Origin: a virus
DNA length: 64,000 nucleotides
IMG/VR virus record: IMGVR_UViG_3300048907_000144
Direction: 5' to 3' (one strand)
The position numbers and the translations under genes are program-made. The notes beneath the pieces were generated by a model that saw only the letters and a program-made list of their open reading frames with translations, searched no databases and was not told the origin of the DNA. This document shows positions 26,822-35,977 of this stretch, piece after piece. Position 1 is the stretch's first letter. Each line of letters begins with the position of its first letter.

Positions 26822-27027
26822 TCGCGCGGGTACTCCGGCTCTGCGGTAGCGCACAAGTCGGCGAACGGCGTGCCGTCGTCCGTCGTACCGTTGTAGACGG
26901 ACAGCGGCACCCGGTAGACCGGGAATCCCTTCTTTTGCCCCTCAGTCTCGGCCGGCCGGAATGTCACGTTGTGGGCTTTGAACCACTTGTTGACCGTGAC
27001 CTTGTAGCCGGTTGGTTCTGCTGCCAT
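26818..27027 (-). CDS. small virion-associated hypothetical protein
   Basis: GAGGAGG RBS; ATGA overlap with the fibre gene. Confidence 0.65.
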   Translation of the reverse strand: MAAEPTGYKVTVNKWFKAHNVTFRPAETEGQKKGFPVYRVPLSVYNGTTDDGTPFADLCATAEPEYPRE

Positions 27028-27044
27028 CTCTCACCTCCTCCTGC

Positions 27045-29492
27045 TCATGGCGGTTGCGTGAACGCGATGCGCTCGCCGACGATGAACGGTGCTCCAACGC
27101 CGTCGTTCGCGCCGTTGTGGATGATGCGGAACGAGGTGACCCCAACGCCCGGACTGAATGTCGTCGTGCGGACGATCGTGCCGTCATCCAACAACTCGTC
27201 CTGCGCCGTGCCTCCAGTGTCGTAGGTCGCGCCGTAGTACAGCGCGACGCTGAGGTCGTGGTGCGCCTCAACGTAGTTCTTCAGCTTGCTGATCACCTTG
27301 ACGTGCTGAGTGCTCGCAGTCGTGATCGGTTTAGAGATGTGATGCACGGTCGGAGCTGACGCGCGCATCAGCTCGACCTCGCTGTTCGTCAACGAGAACC
27401 CGGGCATCAGGTCGGTCGTACCCGTAATGACGACTCGGAACTGCAGTAGCGGATCGCCGCCGTCGAGGACCGGCGTGTCTTGCTGGAACGCTTGCCACAC
27501 ACCGTCCACCATCACTTCGTAGTGCAGATCGCACGCCGCTGGGATGATGTGCTCGGCAAGCACGTCTACGCCGCCAATGCCGCCGGGGAGTTGGAGCGGC
27601 GCAAGGTTGATCTCGTAGCGGAGCTGACCGCCCGGGCTCGACTGATCGCCCCAGCGTCCCCAGGTGCAGAAATGCAACCGGAACCGCATGACGCGCGGAC
27701 CGCCCGACCAAGCGCGGAACGTCGATCCGTCGTTGTACCAAAAATGGCCTTGGCACACTTGGTAGGCCGCATCGTTGTCACAAAACGAGAACTCGTGATC
27801 GAACGTCGAGTGGACGTGGATGCCGAAGTGCTGGCCCTGCGTCAGGAACACCGGCGGGAAGTTGATGCGGACTGGCCAGACATAGGTCGGGATCACGTTG
27901 TAAGTCGGTAGGCTCATCCAGAACAGGCCGCCCAGGATGACTGTAATCACGTCCTCGACGATGATGTCGCCTGCGTAAACCGGCTGGCCGTAGCAGGTCT
28001 GGACGCTCGCAGCGTCGAGCACAGCACGCCGTAGCGACTGGTTGCCTTGGTCTGGTGTGGCGTCCTCCATGCAGCCCGAGATGATGAGCGACAGTGGCTG
28101 GTAGAGCTGCCGATGCGAGAATAGCGTGATGCCGGAAAGCCAGCCGTCCTGCGCGTTGTAGAACGTTTGGCAGCCGTGGTTACCGCTGTGGCTGAAGTCG
28201 GTGTAAACCTTGGCCCAGTGATGGGGCTCGACCCAGTCGCGCCAGTAGTGATTCCAACGATCGTAGCCATGGCGAGGCCAATACAGGCTCTGCTCGTTGT
28301 GAATCATCGTTTCCTGCCACTCGACCTGCTCCCACGTTTCGGTCGTGAAGCTAAGGATGTGGTAAGTCGGATCGCGCTGAGCTTCGAACCACCAGACGCT
28401 CGCCGCAGGCCACGGCACAAAACTCGGGCCGAACCGGAACCGCCAGCGTGACGGTGTCAGCTGACGCACCGGAAAGTTCCAGAACCCCCACGTCAAAATT
28501 CTGACCGGTGTCCAAGGCTTGTCCGGGAACGAACAATCATAGCGTACACGCGCGCCCGAGGGCTTGGGCAGCACAAACCCGTCGAACGCTTGGATCACGC
28601 GCTCGGCTGGATTGAGGAGCTGCAGCGGGCCGCTCCAGCCGACGCCACCGGGCGGAAAACGCAATCCCTCCTCGATCCGGGCCGAATACGCCCCGCTCAC
28701 GTTGGCCGCCAGATCGCTCTCGTCCTCATCCAAGAAACGGTCGGTGCCGTACCACTGGAACGCCTCCGGCCTGTGCGCGTAGGTCCACAGTTCGTTGACC
28801 AGATCGACCAACTGCTGGAACTGGGTCAGCAACGTGTAGAGCAGCATCTGGCTCGCGAGGTTGGCCAAGTCCGTGCGCAGGGTGTCGATCATGCCCTGCG
28901 CAACGCCGCGCCAAGCCTCCATCTGCGCGAGCCGCGCTGCCACCAGCTCGAGGTTGTCGAGCTGGGTGTCCGTCACCTGCGTGAACGAGATGATCCCGGT
29001 CGGATCGCACAGCACATAGCCAATCAGCAGGTAGGTCGCCTCCACCCCAGGGAACTGCGGGTCGGCGCTCTCGTTGCCGGCGACCGTTGAGATGTTGCAG
29101 TAGCGCGTGCGTTGCATTGCCACCGATTGCGGCTCTGCCATGCCGGTGTCGGCGTCGATCAGGAAGTTTCTGGGCTGGATGTCCTCATCGATCGTCTGGC
29201 CCCACGCCACCACCGCGAAATACTTTCGCGCCGTGACGGGAAGCTGGTTGTAGAGGTCGATGCTGACCTCATCCTCACGCGCGTACACCGCGCCGCCGCT
29301 GTAGAGCCGCCCCTGCGATGTCTTGATCGTCGTCTGCGCCGCCTTGGTCAGTGTGAAGCCGCTGTACGCCTTGGCGGGATTGATTGCGTCAAGGACGACG
29401 TGATCGAGGCTCTGCTGGACCCAGCCCTGCTGGTTAAGGAAGTCTTCGGCTTGAAGCTCCTGGTTGTCACGGAAAACCACCATCTTTTCCAT
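27045..29492 (-). CDS. large baseplate/tail-fibre attachment protein (P2 GpH position)
   Basis: 815 aa directly after the GpI-like genes; MEKMVVFRDNQELQAEDF start. Confidence 0.7.
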   Translation of the reverse strand: MEKMVVFRDNQELQAEDFLNQQGWVQQSLDHVVLDAINPAKAYSGFTLTKAAQTTIKTSQGRLYSGGAVYAREDEVSIDLYNQLPVTARKYFAVVAWGQTIDEDIQPRNFLIDADTGMAEPQSVAMQRTRYCNISTVAGNESADPQFPGVEATYLLIGYVLCDPTGIISFTQVTDTQLDNLELVAARLAQMEAWRGVAQGMIDTLRTDLANLASQMLLYTLLTQFQQLVDLVNELWTYAHRPEAFQWYGTDRFLDEDESDLAANVSGAYSARIEEGLRFPPGGVGWSGPLQLLNPAERVIQAFDGFVLPKPSGARVRYDCSFPDKPWTPVRILTWGFWNFPVRQLTPSRWRFRFGPSFVPWPAASVWWFEAQRDPTYHILSFTTETWEQVEWQETMIHNEQSLYWPRHGYDRWNHYWRDWVEPHHWAKVYTDFSHSGNHGCQTFYNAQDGWLSGITLFSHRQLYQPLSLIISGCMEDATPDQGNQSLRRAVLDAASVQTCYGQPVYAGDIIVEDVITVILGGLFWMSLPTYNVIPTYVWPVRINFPPVFLTQGQHFGIHVHSTFDHEFSFCDNDAAYQVCQGHFWYNDGSTFRAWSGGPRVMRFRLHFCTWGRWGDQSSPGGQLRYEINLAPLQLPGGIGGVDVLAEHIIPAACDLHYEVMVDGVWQAFQQDTPVLDGGDPLLQFRVVITGTTDLMPGFSLTNSEVELMRASAPTVHHISKPITTASTQHVKVISKLKNYVEAHHDLSVALYYGATYDTGGTAQDELLDDGTIVRTTTFSPGVGVTSFRIIHNGANDGVGAPFIVGERIAFTQPP

Positions 29493-29581
29493 GGCTTAGC
29501 TCCCCTTCTGGATGTGTGCTATAAAGTCTAGACGTACTTCCGTCTTCTCCATCGGGAAGCTCCTTGAGAAAGGCATGAGCG

Positions 29582-30205
29582 ATGTATCGCTACGAGATCG
29601 CACCAGACGCGCTGACCGAGCACTTCTTCGCTGGACCACCTGGTCGGTACAAGTTGAGTCGCGCTGAACGGAAACGTCAGTCCTGGCGCGCATATTACGA
29701 GCGCAACCAAGAGGCCATGGTCGAGCGCGCTACCGCATGGGCGAAAGAGAACCCAGCTCGCCGCAGAGCCATCAATGCTGCGCGCTATTCGACGCCGGAG
29801 CGCAGAGAGATCACCGCCGCTGCCACGAAACGATGGGCCGAACAGAATCCCGAAAAATGGGCAGAGACCAGACACCGTGCCCAGTTCATTTTCCGTCTTA
29901 AGAAGTATGGCCTGACGCTCGAACAGTACGCCGCGATGTTAGAGGCGCAAGGAAACTGCTGCGCGATCTGCAAGTCCACGACCAACTACGTTCGCAGCGG
30001 CATGCAAGGCGCGAAGTCGAAGGGCAAGGGCTGGGCGAGCACCAAGCGCATCGGCTTCGCAGGGTGGTGCGTCGACCACGACCACGAGACCAACCAGGTG
30101 CGTGGCATTCTTTGCTCGACCTGCAACATCGCGATTGGTGCCGCGCAGGACGATCCCGATCTGCTAATCACCATGGCCGCGTACTTGCAGAGCTTCAAAG
30201 GCTAG
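29582..30205 (+). mobile_element. free-standing endonuclease VII-family homing endonuclease, antisense insertion
   Basis: KYGLTLEQYAAMLEAQGNCCAIC...VDHDHETNQVRGILCSTCNIAIG...AAYL. Confidence 0.9.
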
Positions 30206-30672
30206 TTCTCGGTCTGCTCGCCGACGTAGTGACGCCCGTCTGGGACGCGCACGTCGCGGAGCTGGATGGTCCTGGTCACGGTCGTGTCGACAAGGATCGT
30301 GTCGCGAACGGCCATGCTGGCGCGCACGCCCCGCAGCAATCGCGGGATCGCTTCATTCTGTTTCGGTCGGAAGAACCCGCGTAGGTAGCGCGTGGTTGAA
30401 ACGTAGAACTGCGGCATGTCAGCCGTGATCTTGATCAGCGCCTCCGCCGTGTACTTGTGGATGCCAAAGCGGCAAGCCCCCATGTAGTACGACGCCGCAC
30501 GCTGGTCCGGCGCTCGGTCGGCATCAAACAAGTAGAACCGCTCGTACATGAACTGCCACGCATTGGAGCGCGGCAAGAACTTGCCTGTTGGCCGTCCTCC
30601 GCGCACACGCGTCAGCCCGAGCTCTGGCGAGCCCGTGCTGAAATCGCGCGGAACGATCTGTTGGATTGGCAT
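30202..30672 (-). CDS. probable C-terminal part of a split baseplate GpI-like protein
   Basis: Begins with the same 23-aa repeat as the preceding ORF's tail (VPRDFSTGSPELG); 5-nt gap, different frame. Confidence 0.6.
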   Translation of the reverse strand: MPIQQIVPRDFSTGSPELGLTRVRGGRPTGKFLPRSNAWQFMYERFYLFDADRAPDQRAASYYMGACRFGIHKYTAEALIKITADMPQFYVSTTRYLRGFFRPKQNEAIPRLLRGVRASMAVRDTILVDTTVTRTIQLRDVRVPDGRHYVGEQTEN

Positions 30673-30677
30673 GTGTT

Positions 30678-32189
30678 TTAGAAGTTATGGGTCAGGACGG
30701 GCGCGCCGAGGACCGGCGAGCCGACCGTCATGTTGACCGTGCGGATTGCATAGCCAGGACGCGTGAATGTTGGCGCGGAAACGATGATCGCAAACGAGTT
30801 GAGCTTGTGGCCCTGCTTGAACACAGGAACCGTGAACGTCGGATGTCCCGCCGACGCAGGAGCGGCAAACGCCGAGTACCGCAGCAACGCCGTTCCGAAC
30901 ACCGGAGACGATGTGTTCAGGTTTGTCGCGTTCTTCATGCGGTAGCCCGGTTCGCCGAACCACAGCATCGACGTCACTAGGTTGTTCGCCACGATCACGT
31001 GACGCTGCTTGAGCACACCGACGCCGATCACGGGCGAGTTGACTTCCAAGTCATCGCCGGCAAAGCCCTTAGCGGTTGCGCGGCCGAACTGCGGCGGGCC
31101 TACCTCAAGCGACGACGCCACGAGATGAGAACATAGCTTGGACGGCCGCGACAGGTACTCACCCCTTGCCGCATACAGCTCGGTCGGTCTGCGCGGATGC
31201 CGGATCGCAACGTATTCCGGCCGCACATTCAGCAGCTCCTCCTGCGGGAAGATCGTTTGGTATTGTGCCTTCCCTTGGTAGAAATCGAGGAAGCCACTGC
31301 GCCCGATGCTGATCGTCCGGAGTGGAAGCTGGACCCCAAGGAAGATGCCGTATTTGCCCGCGCCGCCGAGGAACTTGCCGCTCTCGCCAATGAAATAGTT
31401 CGGCCGCTTCTCCAGCGGCAGGATCACCTCTTCGTCATACTGCGAGACACCCGGCGTGTAGCCCCAGCCGGCGCCGGGACCCATGTTGATCTTCTCGACC
31501 TTGCGGATCGTTAGGGTCGTTTCGACTCCGGTCCGCGGCTCGTAAATCGTTGCCGTCCGCGTGTACTTGCCGCCCGCGTCTTGCACGGTCGGGTACAGCT
31601 TCCAGTTCGGGCCAAGGAACGATCCGTTTTTCTGAAAGATGCGGTTGAGCCCGGTGCCGTCGTAGTGCTTGCCGGTAAAGCACAGCCATCGAAGCTGCTC
31701 GCGCGCGACATACGGGTAGATGCGGAGCTGAGGAAAGCGGGCGACGTAGGCAGCACGCTCTTCAGCCGTTTGCTTCTTCGTGCCATATGCGCGCGCGGGA
31801 GGAACGACACAGCGTTTGACATGACCACGAACCGCCGAGACGAACTCGTCCAAGCCTGCGCGCTTGCCCCTGACCGACTTCAGGTACCACTGGCGAGCGA
31901 CCCAGTTGCGCCGGAACGTTTCATCCCAGTAGTTCTCCCACAGGTTGACGCCCATCGCCCAAGCGAGAAACGGCAGGTGCTCAAACGCGACCTGCCACGG
32001 ATTCCACTGGTCGATGATCGCTTCCGCATAGATGTCCATCAACCGTTCGGCATCGGTGTCGGCGGCAGCTTTCTCGAACCCGGTCGCCGATCGGTACAGC
32101 GTCAGCGCACCAGGATTCGCGATCCGCTCAGCCGGCGGAATCTCGAACGGGTCGGGGTAGTCGTTCTCGACCGGGTACAGTTCAGCCAT
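30678..32189 (-). CDS. baseplate wedge / tail protein I (P2 GpI-like) with C-terminal 23-aa repeats
   Basis: QWNPWQVAFEHLPFLAWAMGVNLW...KSVRGKRAGL. Confidence 0.85.
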   Translation of the reverse strand: MAELYPVENDYPDPFEIPPAERIANPGALTLYRSATGFEKAAADTDAERLMDIYAEAIIDQWNPWQVAFEHLPFLAWAMGVNLWENYWDETFRRNWVARQWYLKSVRGKRAGLDEFVSAVRGHVKRCVVPPARAYGTKKQTAEERAAYVARFPQLRIYPYVAREQLRWLCFTGKHYDGTGLNRIFQKNGSFLGPNWKLYPTVQDAGGKYTRTATIYEPRTGVETTLTIRKVEKINMGPGAGWGYTPGVSQYDEEVILPLEKRPNYFIGESGKFLGGAGKYGIFLGVQLPLRTISIGRSGFLDFYQGKAQYQTIFPQEELLNVRPEYVAIRHPRRPTELYAARGEYLSRPSKLCSHLVASSLEVGPPQFGRATAKGFAGDDLEVNSPVIGVGVLKQRHVIVANNLVTSMLWFGEPGYRMKNATNLNTSSPVFGTALLRYSAFAAPASAGHPTFTVPVFKQGHKLNSFAIIVSAPTFTRPGYAIRTVNMTVGSPVLGAPVLTHNF

Positions 32190-32352
32190 GGATCGGAGCG
32201 CCGAACACTTTCCATCCTAGCAACAAGAACAGCACAAACAGCAAGAGCGTGCTGCCGAGCGCGCCGTAAGGTCCGATGTAGCCGAAGTGAACGATCAGTC
32301 CGAACACGAACCAGATCAGCATCAGAATCCAGAAACAAAGGCCCAGGGTCAT
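32182..32352 (-). CDS. 56-aa two-TM membrane protein
   Basis: Translated by hand: MTLGLCFWILMLIWFVFG...LLLFVLFLLLGWKVFGAPIHG; GGAGG RBS. Confidence 0.7.
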   Translation of the reverse strand: MTLGLCFWILMLIWFVFGLIVHFGYIGPYGALGSTLLLFVLFLLLGWKVFGAPIHG

Positions 32353-32510
32353 GTCTTGCCTCCCTCTTTAACGCAGACCCACCGATCAGTGCTAAGCACG
32401 CTCACTTGGTCCTCCGGACAATACTTGCCGTGATCTAGCAGCAGCACGATGGCGACCGCGATCAGTACCGCGATCAAAGCCGCGATCACAGTGCGGACCG
32501 CGACGCTCAC
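32349..32510 (-). CDS. small single-TM protein with Cys pair
   Basis: GTG start overlapping the GpJ stop; hydrophobic helix then YC...WVC. Confidence 0.55.
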   Translation of the reverse strand: MSVAVRTVIAALIAVLIAVAIVLLLDHGKYCPEDQVSVLSTDRWVCVKEGGKT

Positions 32511-33532
32511 TCGCCGACGCCCGTCCATGTGATGTCGATGTGCGTCACCCACACTACGCTGTCCTGGCCGACGACGACGTCGCCTTGAGGCTGCTTGATG
32601 ACCCGGTTGTATACGCCACCAGCATCGGTCAGCACGCCGTCGATGTTCATGATCGTGTGATCGTAGCCCAGCCATCGCTGCTTCTCGACCAACTGCATCA
32701 ACCCCGTCACAACGTTGGTCAGCACGCCAGCAAGGTCGTAGCCAGGGAACGTCTTCAACGAGATGTCGTAGCGGGTCTGGTACACCTTCGGCCGCGCAAT
32801 GACGATCTCGTCCGTTAAGCCTTTGCGTGTGTCGGCGATGATGTACTTGTAGACCTCGAGGATTTGGTCGTTCGTAGGGATCGGCGGCGGGCCCGGATTG
32901 ATCTCGAATGACACCTTGAGTGGATCGATCAGCCCGGTCTTGATCTGCTTCTGAACAATGAACAACACCTGTTGCTCAGACAGCGCCAACGTTGGGATGT
33001 TGACGAGGATCGGGATCGTCACAATACCGGTGCCGCGCGTGGTAAACGCGGCCGCGTCCCGCAACACGTTCGCCCCTAAAGCGCTCAGCGCATAAAAAGC
33101 ATAGCTCTCCGTCGTTCCATGTGGGCCGAGGATGTTTGGGCTCAACCAGATGCGGCGGCGGTAGTTGTCGTCGCTCTCGCCCGGTTGCCTCGGAACGCCG
33201 CCCGGGTAGCGCGAAGCAATGCCGTCTAGGTTAGTGCCAAACGAGAACGCGAGCATCACAGCGCGCGCGGCTTGGTTAACCCTGTCCCGCAGCATCAGCT
33301 CGAAATAAGCCGCGTTCTCCGTCAGGATTTTGATCGGATCGAACTCGAGCTGCGCTATGTCGTACTGTGCAGCGTTTGGCGGGTCTTCCTCAGCCCAACG
33401 CAATTTGAACCGCAGCATGCGGTCGTCGATGATCTTGTCGGTGTCGATGGTCTCCAACACCGACGGGCGCTGCAGCAGCTCCGGCTGGATGACCGGAAAG
33501 CGCGACGGGGTCGGGGTAACCAAGGTTACCAT
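32507..33532 (-). CDS. baseplate J-like protein
   Basis: EFDPIKILTENAAYFELMLRDRVNQAARAVMLAFSFGTNLD...ESDDNYRRRI...GTTESYAFYA. Confidence 0.9.
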   Translation of the reverse strand: MVTLVTPTPSRFPVIQPELLQRPSVLETIDTDKIIDDRMLRFKLRWAEEDPPNAAQYDIAQLEFDPIKILTENAAYFELMLRDRVNQAARAVMLAFSFGTNLDGIASRYPGGVPRQPGESDDNYRRRIWLSPNILGPHGTTESYAFYALSALGANVLRDAAAFTTRGTGIVTIPILVNIPTLALSEQQVLFIVQKQIKTGLIDPLKVSFEINPGPPPIPTNDQILEVYKYIIADTRKGLTDEIVIARPKVYQTRYDISLKTFPGYDLAGVLTNVVTGLMQLVEKQRWLGYDHTIMNIDGVLTDAGGVYNRVIKQPQGDVVVGQDSVVWVTHIDITWTGVGE

Positions 33533-33533
33533 G

Positions 33534-34133
33534 TCAGCTCACCTGTCCGCCGAGCGCCGGGTCCCATATTTCGCCACCACGGCTCAGCAGCGTGTTGGCC
33601 CGGCGGATGTAGGGCGACGGATCACCCAGATGAGCGCGCGGGCGGTAGTTGCCCTCGGTGCGGAAGAACACGTGGCCGAGCCTGAACTCCCCCGCCACGT
33701 CGAACGTCTCGGTCGGCTGCCATTGCTCGATCGCGGTGTCCATGAAGAACACCGTCTGGATGCGGTAGTTCGGTTCCCACAGCTCGATGCTTTCTGCCAT
33801 CGCCCAGTGGAAGCGCGTGATGATCCGCGGCACCGCGATCTCGCCCAGGATGTGAGGGACGTAGGAGCCCACCCACCGCCGCAAGATGCGCTCATGGAAA
33901 CCAGTGGCGAAGATCACTTTCATCGATTGCTCGACGTGATCCCAGCCCTGCATCAGCATGCCGGTTTCGCGGTTCACGCCGTTGCGGACCGGCGCGATGA
34001 TGCTTTTCTGGTTGAGTAGGTCCGGCCAGATCGCGTTGACGACACGGTAATAGCGCGAGGCCTGCTCGTTCTCCGCCCGTATTTCGCCGGGCTGCGGCAG
34101 GTAGCCGCCGGCGAGGTCGGCCGGGAGCGTCAT
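33534..34133 (-). CDS. baseplate wedge W / gp25-like protein
   Basis: GVNRETG...WDHVEQSMKVIFATGFHERILRRWVGS...IELWEPNYRI. Confidence 0.85.
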   Translation of the reverse strand: MTLPADLAGGYLPQPGEIRAENEQASRYYRVVNAIWPDLLNQKSIIAPVRNGVNRETGMLMQGWDHVEQSMKVIFATGFHERILRRWVGSYVPHILGEIAVPRIITRFHWAMAESIELWEPNYRIQTVFFMDTAIEQWQPTETFDVAGEFRLGHVFFRTEGNYRPRAHLGDPSPYIRRANTLLSRGGEIWDPALGGQVS

Positions 34134-34142
34134 GGCGAGCTG

Positions 34143-34409
34143 CTACTTCTTCTTCGGAGCGGCCTGCGCCTGCGCGTCCGGTGCCGCCTCAACCTTCTTG
34201 ATCGAGCCGCTGTCGAGGTAAAACCGTGCCTGATCCTCGGTCAGCTTAACGAACTCCTTGCCAGACTTCTTGTAGACCTTGCCGCCGGCAAGCTCGCCGT
34301 TCAGGTCGGGCTCGTGGTGCGGGTCAAGCACTTCGTACTCGAGCAACGGCGCGGCAGGCACGCCGGCCTGCTTCACCAGATGCATGATGCGGTTTGAAAC
34401 TCCTACCAT
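34143..34409 (-). CDS. small virion-associated hypothetical protein
   Basis: AGGAG RBS; ...LTEDQARFYLDSGSI. Confidence 0.65.
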   Translation of the reverse strand: MVGVSNRIMHLVKQAGVPAAPLLEYEVLDPHHEPDLNGELAGGKVYKKSGKEFVKLTEDQARFYLDSGSIKKVEAAPDAQAQAAPKKK

Positions 34410-34418
34410 GGCAAGCTC

Positions 34419-35333
34419 CTATGCCTCGTCGTGATTCGGGACCGGATCGTCCGGCGAGTCTTTGATGACCCACGGTTTGTTGACGTAGTTCTGGCCGTCC
34501 TTGGCGTGGACGTAGTTGTCGATCTTCGACTTGATCAGGTTCTTTTTGTCCTTCTCGGACACGAAGTAGTTGTCCTTCCCTGCCCTGATCTTGGCGCCCT
34601 TCTCGTGCGCGGCGTAGCGAACCGCGCTGTCGCCGTCGCCGATCTTGGCCGTGTGGCCCATCTTCTCGTGCATCGAGACGGCCATCGCCTTCTCTTCTTT
34701 TTTCTGCTCGCCCTGCTTGCCCTGCTGCTGGCCGCCTTTTGGGTTGAGGCCACCGCCTCCGGCGCCGCCCTGAGAGCCGCTGCTGGTCTGGGACTTGCCC
34801 GATTGCGGCGTCCACTTCTCCAGCTTCTCGTCTTCCTTGACGAGGTAGTTGGTCCAGTAGTGCTCCTTCTCCTGCTTCTGCTGTTGGCCGCCGCCGCTGC
34901 TGCCCTGATTGCCGCCACTACCGCCGCTGCCCTGCTGCTGCTCGTCCTCTCCGCCGTGCGTGGCGGAACGAAACTTCTTGCCCACCGACTGTGACGGTCC
35001 ATTGGTCTGCGGCGCGTGCTTTGGCTGTGGCGCGTGATCAGCCTCGCCTTGCGCCGAAAACGTGCCCTGCCGGAACGAGCCCTGGATGACGCCGTTCTGT
35101 CCCGGTTTGAGCGATGACTGCGAGCGCTCCTGGCCGCTGCGCTGTTCCTGCGTGCTCATCCACGGGCTCAACCACTCCGAGCCGTCCGGCCGGATGCCCA
35201 TGATGCAGCGCACCTTGCGCTCGCCGCCTTCTTCCTTGACCTCCTTGATCGTGCATTGCCGGTTGGTCTCTACGCCATTGTTGCGGTTCGCCTCCGCAGA
35301 CCGCTGCAACAGCCGCTGGTAAGGACTCGTCAT
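34419..35333 (-). CDS. baseplate spike V-like protein with Gln/Gly/Ser/Lys low-complexity C-half
   Basis: N-terminal OB-like KVRC...SPWM...PGQ pattern; position before W/J. Confidence 0.7.
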   Translation of the reverse strand: MTSPYQRLLQRSAEANRNNGVETNRQCTIKEVKEEGGERKVRCIMGIRPDGSEWLSPWMSTQEQRSGQERSQSSLKPGQNGVIQGSFRQGTFSAQGEADHAPQPKHAPQTNGPSQSVGKKFRSATHGGEDEQQQGSGGSGGNQGSSGGGQQQKQEKEHYWTNYLVKEDEKLEKWTPQSGKSQTSSGSQGGAGGGGLNPKGGQQQGKQGEQKKEEKAMAVSMHEKMGHTAKIGDGDSAVRYAAHEKGAKIRAGKDNYFVSEKDKKNLIKSKIDNYVHAKDGQNYVNKPWVIKDSPDDPVPNHDEA

Positions 35334-35977
35334 TTTGCCCTCTTCTTCACCGCCTTGATCGAAACCTTCAGCTCGCCGGCAATGGCGTCCGCAAGACCCT
35401 TGGCCGTGTACATCTCCTGTTCGCCAGCTCCGAACGTCACTCGCAACCGCCGCTTGTTGGCGAACGGCGTCAGCACACAGCGGCAGTTCGGATGGATCAG
35501 GTTGGTGCGGAAGCCCGGAGCTGGCCCAGTTGCTGGCTCAAAGTTCTTCCACTTCGCCACCATCGTGTCGATGTCGGCCATCGTGTATGGCCCAGACGCA
35601 GCCGCCTGTTCACACACTTCGCACGAGAACCTGTCGTGCATCGTCGTGATGTTGACGAGCACCTGCTTGTCGAACTGGTTCTGATCGCGTGTTGCCCACG
35701 GCCGCGACCAGTCTCCCGATGGTGGCAGGATTCCACTTGCATCCATCGACCATTCGAGCCTGCGCGGCGTCGCGCGCGTGACAACGATGGTCGCCATTAC
35801 CTCGTGGACTTGCAGGTCGGCCTTGTCGGCAATCTTGGCCGCAGTCCTTTCCAACACGCCATCGCCGTAGGTGTTGAGCCCGCGCGCGATCGCAGCGTTC
35901 GTCACCTTTGGTATTTCCTCGATGTACCGCGCCCAGTTGAGCATGTCCTCGGCGTCGACCTTGTAGGTCGGGATCAT
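35330..35977 (-). CDS. neck/minor tail Z-like protein with inserted CxxC...HPNCRC motif
   Basis: AAIARGLN...VTRATPRRL; SCEVCE...IHPNCRC. Confidence 0.6.
   Translation of the reverse strand: MIPTYKVDAEDMLNWARYIEEIPKVTNAAIARGLNTYGDGVLERTAAKIADKADLQVHEVMATIVVTRATPRRLEWSMDASGILPPSGDWSRPWATRDQNQFDKQVLVNITTMHDRFSCEVCEQAAASGPYTMADIDTMVAKWKNFEPATGPAPGFRTNLIHPNCRCVLTPFANKRRLRVTFGAGEQEMYTAKGLADAIAGELKVSIKAVKKRAK

Noticed and set aside
7949-32189. Diversity-generating retroelement or invertible fibre cassette
   Set aside because: Repeats are degenerate at the protein level only; no reverse transcriptase, invertase, or near-identical TR/VR pair differing at adenines is visible in this window
14632-35333. 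Tailocin, eCIS or gene transfer agent
   Set aside because: Terminase, portal, protease, capsid and many early phage genes are present, so it is a complete phage morphogenesis set
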